Part shown: positions 29,701 through 40,500 of the stretch, piece by piece
Layout of the letters: each line of letters begins with the position of its first letter
Numbering within the stretch: the first letter of the stretch is position 1
NCBI GenBank assembly: GCA_964035545.1
Contig: OZ037765.1
Span: 17,484,995 to 17,548,994 of the forward strand
Length of the DNA: 64,000 bases
Source of the DNA: Bugula neritina
Taxonomy: Eukaryota > Animalia > Bryozoa
Reading direction: 5' to 3'
Notes under the pieces: model-generated
What the model saw: only the letters and a program-made list of their open reading frames with translations
What the model was told of the DNA's origin: nothing
Databases searched by the model: none
Translations under genes and position numbers: made by a program

Positions 29701-30722
29701 TGATTCAAAGATTAGATGAAGGTGATAGGGAGCACAAATCCTAACTATTGAATTATCCAGTAGCTAGTGCATGGTGTTAAAGTAGAAAGAACTTGTAGGA
29801 TGCCTGTTGCTATAGTTACCTCATCTCTTCCTTCATCTCGGATATTGCTGATGAATCTCATGAACAACTCACAACCACTAGTCATTGATATACTTTCATT
29901 TGTGCATTCTCCCATAATTTTCACAGCTGTACGTAGCTTCGTTACCAGTTCAGAAAATGTGGAAGCTGATAAACACAATAATAGTAGAACATGTATTATG
30001 GCTACATAAAACTAGCAATAAAATAGTATTTAGAGTAGATTTAAAAGAAGCAGTTTACCATCTCCAGAATTTATTAATTCCAATAAGGTCCGGACAGCAG
30101 CGATCCCATCTGAAATTTCAGGGCCACTTTTTTCTTCCCAAACCTGTCTTACATTCTCTACAAAATATAATCTTTTCAACAAACTTCTTTAAAAAGCAGA
30201 CGAAATACTCAGCTTTGAACAAACCAGAAAACCAGTAGATAATAGTGTACTTAACCTATATCAATCCTCCTATTAAAATAGCAAAATTTTAAAATAGTGA
30301 CTTAAAAGTGAAATAATAAAATGCATTTTCATATTTTTTCACAAAATGATTCATGGAAAATTTTTTAAAAGCAATCAGTAGCACTAAAAATATTTTCTAA
30401 CTACGAATTACATTTTTATATTATTATGGCCACCAATAATTCAAGTGGATTAATAAAGTTAAAAATAAAAGTTCAGTTTTGTCACTATGCCCCAACTTGA
30501 TCATTGCTTTGAATTTTTGATAACTATTAAATACCGAGTAATTTTTCTATTCTATATGTTATTCTATAATTAAAAAACTCATAACAATATGCCAAGGTCT
30601 TTAGAGCAACGGAGTGGCAGCATGAGATAATTTCCCAATGTTAAATAAGGTGCATGTCTCAAAGAGCCCTTGCAAACCAAGTCCTCCAATGTTTTCATGC
30701 TCAACTCACCTTCAAACAGCAT
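26773..30722 (-). CDS. EIF2B1: Translation initiation factor eIF2B subunit alpha, spliced
   Basis: About 8 coding exons: MLFE|ENVR...[67 protein letters not shown] and [35 protein letters not shown]. The start micro-exon at 30710-30722 is inferred from splice phase. Confidence 0.95.
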
Positions 30723-32182
30723 CTTTTGTTCAACTCTCAAACTTGTAAACCAGAAAAGATAAACAGTTTTTCAACCACTGTAATGATAACAATAAGCAAT
30801 ATATATGTTTAAACCATAACACAAGCAAAAAATTCTATATTGCACAGAAAATTTATATGGCTTCCTCATCTCACAAAACAGAGTGTGAAAATGAAAATTC
30901 TCGGTGATGTCATTTCACTGCAAAGTGAATTATATTATTTTAATTTACAAATACAGATAGGAGGTGCAAGTGCATTCAGTAGACATGACAGCATAAGCTT
31001 AGATCCATATGGAAGTCTATGATATATTAATTTATAATAATTTGATTTCCACTATGATTACTACTGTAACATGTTAACTAATTTGCATTTTCATTTTTGA
31101 CTTTTCATGTTTAATGTTTATGTCAGTTGACATGGTTATGGTGCTTAAATAATGAGGAATGCTTATGTTATTTACCTATTATCTTGAAACTGATTCCCAC
31201 AAATTATTGTGAATATACATTTATGTTTTTGGCCTACAACCATAACAAATAGATACTTGCATTTATACTAGTTATTAATCAAATATATTTATTAGATATA
31301 TTTTTAAATCATATTAATAAGTATAATTATCATTGATTTTCAGCTCAGATCAAGTTAATATTTAAAATATTGCAACTATCAGTTGCACCAAAAGCCATGC
31401 AACAGAAAGTTGTAATTCTAAGAATTACTGCAGCTGTTTAACTTTATGATCACCCAAAAGGTTTAGCGTGCAGGTATAGAGATACTATATGAGTATAAGT
31501 ATGTATCTGCTTACAACTACTATGTCATAACACTGATATTATAACCACTAAAGGAAGTCATCACCCTCAAACGTGACAGCAAGCTAATACTCAAAATATA
31601 AGCAAAATAAAGCAATCATTTTTCTATAAAAAAGTAAATGTGAACTCTCTAGAAACTAATTGCGTGGTGCCTTACACTAAATAAAAAACATAAATAGTCC
31701 TTAGCAAATGCAAGATATTTACTTGACAGCATTGAACAAAACTATAATTCACTGGTAATTTAAGGCAATAGTTCAAACCAAAATACTTGGTTCAGCAAAA
31801 AAATTGATATTAATAGTAACACCATTACTATTAATAATGATCAATTTTAATGCTATACCCATATTGATACTCTTATTCATAGTACTATTAGTCTTGACTT
31901 TTGGATAGTTGTACTACTAGTAAGTAGTATTTTATGCTTACAATTATAGTTATGCACTACTAAATTTATATTATATGACTTAGTTTCATATGAGTATGAC
32001 TTAGACTAGGTATGGTAATAATACAAAATTTTAATTTATAGAATTAATATTATATTGATAAGTTATAATTATAGACTTTTAGCTATACTCAGTCTAATGA
32101 TGAGATTGATATAACTTAATAATTTAGTAATAGTAATGCTAAGTCTAACAGTTTATTAGCATTGCCATTACTTTTATTAGTT

Positions 32183-32800
32183 CCAAATTCAAGTACTTGG
32201 GCACAACAATCCACCAAGATAGAGGCTGCCGGAGGGAGGTTGAGCTGAGAATATCCAATGCTTGGAATAAGTGGAGAGAGCTGTCTGGTGTGCTCTGTGA
32301 CAAGAAAATGCCCACAAAACTCAAAGTGCTGATTTACAAAATAGCTATCAGACCAACCCTATTATACGGAAATGAGACTTGGCCCATCACAAAATCTCTG
32401 GCGGACAAGATGTCATCATGTGAGATGCGCATGCTGCGATACAGTTTGAATGTCAGTTTAGAGGATCATAAGCCAAATGAGGAAATAACAGCAGAAGCCA
32501 GAGTGATGCCGATTAAAGACCTGATGAGGAAAAGACGAATGCAGTAGTATGGACATGTTAGAAGAGAAAGTGAGGAAGACATCCGGAGAGTGTCAGAGAT
32601 GACAGTTGAGGGAGTTCGACCTAGGGGTAGACCAAAGCAAAGATGGTGTGATACAATAAACTCAGACCTTAGATGGCTCGATCTACATAGCGCAGATGCT
32701 GAAGATCGAGTTCGATGGAGATGTCTGGTAGAACTTGGTATCAAGCAAAAACCCGCCACCTGCGCAAGACCACGGCGGTGAAAGGTGACCAAAGGTGACC
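32183..32800 (+). mobile_element. 5'-truncated RTE-clade LINE with a 16-18 bp TSD
   Basis: Encodes FKYLG, AWNKWRELSGVLCDK, IRPTLLYGNETW, EMRMLR and GVRPRGRPKQRW, with one premature TAG at 32545. The tail is (aaaggtgacc)2. The direct repeat ccattacttttattagtt sits at 32165-32182 and 32799-32816. Confidence 0.92.
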
Positions 32801-33630
32801 ATTACTTTTATTAGTTATTAAGTATTACTACTACTCTATTACAATAGTATTAGATTTAGTATTACTATTAGTTATTAAGTTTGACTTCAAGCTGTTAGAG
32901 AGATGTCTCACTATTACTATTAGTATTACTACAACTAATATTATTAGTATTAGTATAACTATAAGACTTAGCATAACTATAAGAGCATAAGTATTACTAT
33001 TACTTATTTTTACTATTACTTTTAACTATACATTTTATAGTTGTAGTTATATTAGTATCACTATTTATAGTGAGCTGTTAATGTTTTATCAATATGGCAT
33101 AGCCCTATGGCCAGATGGGGTATGGTTATACCTATAGTTATAGTCATAGTGTATGTGATAGTAAAACTATAGTAACAGTTTATAAGTATAAGTACTGTAT
33201 TACTATTACTATTACTATTAGTCTATTACTATTACTATTAGTATAACCGTATTAGTATTTAGTAATACATCATCATTATGATTATGATAAAATATTACAG
33301 TTACTTATATTTTATATTATTTATTACTATTACTATTACTATTAGTATTACAGTATGACTATGAGTATTACTATTTCTATTACTATTAGTCTATTACTAT
33401 CAGTATTATAATTACTATTGGTATTACTATTACTCTTAGTATTAGTAATACTACTAGTAATACTAATAGTATCAGAGTAATAGTAATACTAATACTAAGT
33501 ATAATAGTAATACTAATAGTAATACTAATAGTAATAGTAATACTAATACTAATAGTAATAGTAATACTCACTAATAGTATTACTATAAGTATAACTATAA
33601 GTATAATATTAATATTATTATTATTGATGC
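32801..33630. repeat. Degenerate (TACTAT/TAGTAT/AATAGT)n low-complexity tract
   Basis: Seen directly; explains the spurious ITIS-repeat ORF 33386-33736. Confidence 0.85.
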
Positions 33631-33799
33631 TCATTGATTCAATGTTACTCTCAAATTCAATGGCCATGTGATGTACATGATTATAACACAATGGATTAAC
33701 AATCAATTTGAATTTGATGAGCTTGGATAGTTGCAAATGTCACTTGTACTAATACTTAGCTAAAAAAAACATGACAGACACTACTACTAAAAGCCTTAG

Positions 33800-34519
33800 T
33801 CTCTATTGCCGTAAATTTGCGAAATTACGCTAAAATGCATAGGAGCGTTAAATACAATTTTATAAATCTTATACCCATTGGCTATGCGTGAAACAGATGA
33901 GCTGAGTCAAGCTAAGTAAGTTTCTATATAATATCCGCGTTATAAAAGAGTGTGGGACATAATTTTAGTTTGCTAAAACTGAAAGTAAACGAGTGAATCT
34001 AAATGCAATTACAAATTACTATAATAATTAGTAATTTAAAATAGCCAATTAGAAAATTAAATGAAAAGATAATAAGATATAATTAAATGCTACTAAAATA
34101 TAATCAACTGCACTGTCTGAGGCTGAGCAGTGAGCAGCGTGAACAAAGTGAAAATCAAACTCAACGTGATACTGATAGTGACACGGTTAGACTTAGTCCA
34201 ACTCTCAGAGTTGGAGAGATACTGGTAGACACACGCACAGTTACATTTGATCGCGGCGCTAAACTTTGTTGGCGACTCAGTAGACATTGTACTTGTAGTG
34301 ATTGTAAATAATTCTGCTTATACTAATGAGTTATACTTGCGAGTAAAAGTTATACGCTTACGATAACAACCAAGTCCAGCTGAAAATCATCATTTGCAAC
34401 TGCAGTGATTCATAGGCCTAGAGTCATTGGCATTCGGATTCTTTTGGTGTTCTCGAAATAGAAAAACAAATGTTAATATAATTTTAAACGCTACTCAAGT
34501 TTTCGAACATCAGATCCAA
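33800..34519. promoter_or_regulatory. Probable bidirectional promoter / 5' UTR region shared by EIF2B1 and GTF2H3
   Basis: CpG-containing region directly upstream of the GTF2H3 ATG. There is a candidate minus-strand non-coding-exon donor (atc|gtaagc) at 34361. Confidence 0.45.
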
Positions 34520-37500
34520 ATGAGTTCTGGTAAGTTCTAAATTTAGCTTGCAGTTGCACCAAATCTTATCATTATATTAAAAATTATAGTTCTAGTGTGG
34601 TGGCTTGTGGAGCTACCAGCAACACAATACGCAAGGTTGCGTATTGACCCGGAACAATGTATTAGCCAATTAGCTAGGCTGTTTATAAGTAATAGTAGCA
34701 GCTTCGCGCTACTAGCTCAGTTGAGGATAATGCTGTAAATTAAATAGACGTGCGTATCATTTACTGTTGTATACTAGTTTTATTATGTATTCTTGTATTA
34801 AAATATAACGATATCTACTCGACTTATCACGGTGAAGTTTCTCTAGTAATAAATAGACTCTCTTGGTTGCACATCGACCCTAAATCTGGAAAACATAACA
34901 GTGGTGGCAGCGGTGGGATAGTGTACATCAAAGATGGAGACTGAAAATGCTAGAATGCAACCACCCCCAGTAGAAGGTGAGCGTAGAAATGCTGTTAATC
35001 CTGTGAATCGTGAGGGAGAAGAAGCTTATAGATATTGCTTGAAAGCTCCCACCTTTACTGGGTCGGAAGATGTCGAACAATTTATACAAGAATTTAGAGA
35101 TGTAATGGAGGTTGCTCAATGGCCGCATAGAGTGGCCCTTATCCAATTGCGGAGAGCGGTGACGGAACAAGCCAAGCCATACGGAGTGGGAACGGACGTA
35201 AACGGGATACTAGCTGCGCTGCGGGCCCGTTTTGGCATCTCCACAATAGACGCTAGGACCAAGTTAGAAAGATTGTGCCGCACCCCGCGGACCCCGCTGC
35301 AAGAACATGCCGCGACGGTGAAGAAGCTGGCGCAGATTGCGTATAGCGATCTGCCAACACAACACCAAGAGCGTTACACCTATGACGCCTTTGTCCAGTC
35401 ACTAAACGACCTGGGCCTACAACATCAACTACGAGCTAAAGGGATAACCAGAATAGAGGATGCCCTGAAGGCTGGAGAAGCTTACCTGTTGGCTACCCAA
35501 ATGCATCGAGCACAACGGAACCCACCAGTAGTTGGAGTCAACGCTGCCAGGGCTACGACAGGTCCCGAAGCCCTCCCGCTGGAAGCCGAAGTGGACCGTA
35601 TGGTAGAGATGCTGGGACAACTGGTAACCATTCTGGCCAGTGCTGGCCCCGGTCAGGCCCTGCGGGTGCCCCCAACGCCTGTGGGGCAGGGCTGGAGTGG
35701 CGCTGGTCAGGACCAGGGACAGAAAGGACGACTCCAATACCAGGGGGCGTTAAACTGTCACGGCCCGCGGACACTCTCCCTCCCCGCGGGCCGCAACTGA
35801 AGGAGTATGGTGGGACACGCCGTCGTCTGTCCGTACGGACACGACGGAACACTCCACCCGAGTGGCAGGTACCACGCAGGACTAGTAGGCCCGCACAACG
35901 GCCGAGTACCTTCTCCCTGCCACTCGCCAACCGGTTCCACCGGTTACCTCGGGAAGAGGAGCCCGCCACTGAAATGGAGCCAGAAGGCCCAGTGGAGAGC
36001 CCCAAACCCCGCCGGCACCAACCTCGCCGCCGGAAACCCCGTAAACCACGGGTGAAACCCCCGCCGTCCTGTCAATCCAGGACAGCACATGCGGGGGGGG
36101 GGGGGTGAAAGTACAACCACATGGAGAGAGCTATTTCCTACCCGGAAAGGTGGCCGGCAACGCCGTCACTTTCCTGCTCGACTCCGGTTGTACTACCAAC
36201 CTTCTCAGTCGTAGAGTCTTTGAGGCACTGCCCCGCCGGGACAGGGATAGAGTACGACCGTATACTGGGGAACATGGCACCCTGGCAGACGGGTCATGTA
36301 TTCCCTTTTATGGTATTATCGAGCTCCCTGGGCGTGTCCGAGACCAGGCTGTACAGGAGACCTTTGTCATAGGCCAACTGGAGGAAGATGCTATCCTCGG
36401 AATGCCCTTCTTGAAGCAACACCAGTGCCGAATAGACTTTAGTAAGTCGGTGGTGCTGATGGGCGGGCGAGAACTCGCCTGTGTGGATAAGTTTGGGCGT
36501 CCTCTGGTGGGCGGTGTTCAGGTAGTTCGGAACTGCACCGTGCCCGGACGCTCCAGAGCTACTATCCACTGCCGAGTGAACAGCAACCGGATAGCCAGGC
36601 TCGGGATCGTTGAAGGCGCGCACGAAAGGATCCAACTCGCCAGTAGTTTAAACCGACTAACTGAGCGAGGGGAGGTCTTAGTGCAGTGTGTCAACCCCTT
36701 TACCGAGCCCATTGAGCTCCCAGCTGGGTCAATGCTGGGCCGGTTCCATTCCGTCCAGGAAGAGGACGTGGGCCCGTCGCTGGGCGACGCGACGGAGGCA
36801 CCCCCTCGACACCCTATTCAGGGACGAGGGGCAGTCCCGACACATCTCCGGGAGTTATATGAAACAGCCAGTGGCGGCTGCGCGAGCAACAAGGAACGCC
36901 AAGCCATGGCGAAGTTGCTACGCGACTACGGTGATGTGTTCAGTAGCGGAGATCATGACGTGGGGCTGACTGGAGTTGTCAGACACGAAATACCGCTGAC
37001 TGCAGGGACAGTCCCTGTCCGGCAGCCCACACGCAGGCTGGGGCCGGAAAAAGAGAAGGAAGTTAGCCGACAAGTACGGGATCTTCTGGACCGGGGACTG
37101 ATAGAGCCCGCCCAAAGTGCGTGGAGCTCGCCAGTCGTACTGGTCCGGAAGAAAGACGGCAGTTGGCGGTTCTGTGTGGATTACCGCAAACTCAATAGCG
37201 TAACCATACAGGACGCTTACCCTCTACCTCGTATTGACGAGTCATTGGACGCCCTAGCCGGCAGCAAGTACTTCAGTACGTTAGACTTGCTAAGCGGCTA
37301 TTGGCAAGTTCCTCTGAGTCCCGACGCCCAGGAGAAAGCGGCGTTTATCACACGGGACGGGTTGTGGAAGTGGAAGGTGCTGCCCTTCGGGTTAACCTCC
37401 GCCCCAGCCACCTTCCAGAGGCTGATGGAACAAGTCCTTAGCGGACTCCATTGGAAGACACTGCTGGTCTACCTCGATGATGTCATCGTAATCTCTCCAG

Positions 37501-40500
37501 ACTTCGAGACACATGTCAGTCGTCTGCAGGAGGTTTTCGATAGACTCCGAGGTGCCGGTCTTAAGCTCAAACCTTCCAAGTGCGCTCTATTGCAGCCGGA
37601 GGTCAAGTACCTGGGGCACGTTGTCGGTCGAAACGGCGTGGCAACGGATCCCGAAAAGGTACGGGCGGTAGAAGACTGGGTCACTCCCCAAGACTTGACC
37701 GGACTCCGGGCTTTCTTGGGGCTGGTAGGGTATTACAGACAATACATACCAGACTTTGCGGGCATAGCACAGCCGTTAAACCGGCTCACCGCAAAGGGAG
37801 TGACGTGGCAGTGGACCCCAGTCGAACAGGAAGCGTTCGACCGCCTCAAGGGCTGCCTACTAACGGCGCCCATCTTGGCCTACCCAGACCCCACTCTGGA
37901 GTACATCCTCGACACGGACGCCAGTGACCAAAATGTTGGCGCTGTGCTGTCACAAGTGCAGGAAGGCCGAGAAGTAGTAGTAGCCTACTACAGTAAGTCT
38001 CTCTCACCCACTGAACGAAACTACTGCACTACCCGCAAGGAGCTGCTGGCAGTAATCAAGTCAGTGAAGCACTTCAGACCATACCTATATGGCAGGAAGT
38101 TCCGGCTGCGTATGGATCATGCCTCGCTGATCTGGTTGTGCAAGAGAGCAGAGCCCTCTAGTCAGGTCGCCCGGTGGCTCGAAATCCTAGCTGAATTCTC
38201 ATACCGGATCGAACATCGACCGGGCAAGAGACACAGCAATGCGGATGGGTTGAGTCGCCGACCTGACGGAGGTTGCAAACAGTGTCTCAACATCGAGAGG
38301 AGGGATGGAGGTCCCCCGCGATGCGAGTTGGAGACGCTGGCTCACCACGGAGCACCGTTCGACTGGGACCAAGGTCAACTCAGGCAAAGAGTTGATGAGT
38401 CCCCGGAGGATGTACAAAACCTCCGCGCCAACCCTGTACTGGCCGGTAATGTTCGAGAGCTGAAGAAGCTCCAAGAAGAGCTGCCTGGAGTCGTGGCAGA
38501 CATATACCGGGCCAAAAGGGAAGGGCGACGACCCAGTGAGGAACGCATACGACAGGGATGCGCCGAGTTCCGGCTATACTGTCAGCGTTGGGACTCGCTG
38601 CGGATCGGGCAGGATGGGTTACTAACCATCTCTCTAGCTGCCAGTGGCAGACACCCGGAAAGGAAGAGGGTAGTCTGTCCCACGGCCATCCGCCGTGAGT
38701 TGATTTGGGATACTCACAAACAGGCCCACGCAGGGGTCAAGAGAGTGATATCCAAATTACGACTCCGGTGGTATTGGCCACAAATGGAGCGTGACGTCCG
38801 GCTCAGAGTCAAACAGTGTGAAATCTGCCAGGCCAGTAAGCATAGCCGCCCCCCTGGTGAAGCAGGACGGCGGAGGCTATATGCTGGTAGGCCCTGGCAA
38901 GTAGTCGCTGTAGACCTGGTCGGACCCATGCCCCTGACCCCCAGAGGCAATAATTGGATCCTAGTACTAACCGACCACTTTACTAGGTGGGCGGATGCTC
39001 TGGCTATCCCAGATGCATCAGCCCCAACAGTGGCCAGGGCACTAGACCAACATGTATTCTGTTATTTTGGGCTCCCCGAACAGATACACTCTGATCAAGG
39101 CGCTCAATTCCAGTCTCAACTGATGAGCGACCTGTGCCACCTCTGGGGAGTAAATCAGAGCAGGACCACCCCCTACCACCCTCAAGGTAACGGGGTGGTG
39201 GAGCGCAACAACCGGATGCTAGGTGATGCACTCCGGAGTCTCCTCCTTGGACGAGGTCAAGAGGAATGGGATACGGTGCTGCCGCAAGTCATGCGTGCAT
39301 ACCGTAGCACCCCACATACCAGTACTGGTGAGACCCCAAACCTCTTGATGCTCGGGAGAGAGACTCGTGTCCCTGACCATCTCACCTATCACGTTCCAGA
39401 GCAAGACAACTCGGTTCACGAGTATGCCAGTGAACTAGTGGAACGGATGAGGGCCGCACACGAGATACTGCGCGAACGGCAGTGGAAGGTGCGGCACGAA
39501 GATTCCGATGAACCACCTCTCTACCAAACGGGAGATAAGGTGTGGATGGTCAATTACCGTAGGCGTCGCGGACAGGCTGATAAACTGAAGCCTAAGTTCG
39601 TAGGACCCTACGTGGTCGTCGAGGCTATGCCCAATCATACGTACAAGATTGAGCGCTCAGGACAGGTGTCTATCCAGAATGAGTCTCGCTTGAAACCGTA
39701 TTGGGCTAGCCCCGACGGAGTGGGAGAAGCCCCCCCGTTGTTAGAGCCCAGGAGGCAGACAACAACGCGCGGGCGACGGCGGCATGGACCTGAATACGAA
39801 GTGGTCATACCGCGGGAAGAAAACTTGGTGAGAGAGGAGCGGCAGCTTTTGTCAACAGAAGCGTGTCCGCCACCGCCAAGTCTAATTCCATCACTTCCAG
39901 AAACCGAGCCGGTTCCGGAAGTGCAAACCCCCACGGAGGGAGGGGCTCCATCCGGAGAACAAGAAGAAGTGACCGCTAACGGTGAAGTAGAGACGCCATT
40001 AGAGGCCCCTACTAACGAACCGGCAAGCGTGTCACCCCCCCTAGAAAGGGGACAGCGTACGAGGAAACCCCCACCATATTTAAAAGACTTCGTATGTGAC
40101 TGCATTAGAAGCGGCGCACATGAAAGTCTAGGGGAAAACCGTATGATAAAATGTTGGAGTTGTGAACCCCACGCAAATATCAACTTTTGCGAGGGCAGAA
40201 TAGTGGGAGGAATTAATGCGCGTAAAGCAAATAGTTCCGACCTCGTGCCTCAGAAACGATGCTCAGCCTTTTCTTATGCTGACATCGCCAAAGGCAGACG
40301 TATCTCACAACCAGCTCCAATCTTACCAAGAACGTTGAGTATGGACATTAATACCGAGTTCCCAGGTAAGCCAGTCTAAGTCTTGTATTCCTATTCATGG
40401 AAACGGGCTCGATGCCAGTAAATTCTGAACTAATTCAGCAGATTGAATCAGAATTACTGGGAACCACGTTTCATGTGAATGACGATGAAGACACTGTAAT

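Noticed and set aside
33386-33736. ITIS-repeat hydrophobic ORFs (also 59397-59585)
   Set aside because: Artefacts of low-complexity microsatellite tracts.
34750-34944. Duplicated 64-65 aa hydrophobic ORFs (also 41892-42089)
   Set aside because: They are the two LTR copies read from a GTG; no evidence of coding.
35807-36055. 82-aa ORF in the gag frame suggesting stop-codon readthrough
   Set aside because: It ends in TGA before pol and does not reach the pol frame; the -1 frameshift signal explains the region better.
35429-40183. Many antisense or alternate-frame ORFs over gag/pol (e.g. 35553-36005, 39635-40183)
   Set aside because: Expected shadows of GC-rich coding sequence, with no recognisable motifs.
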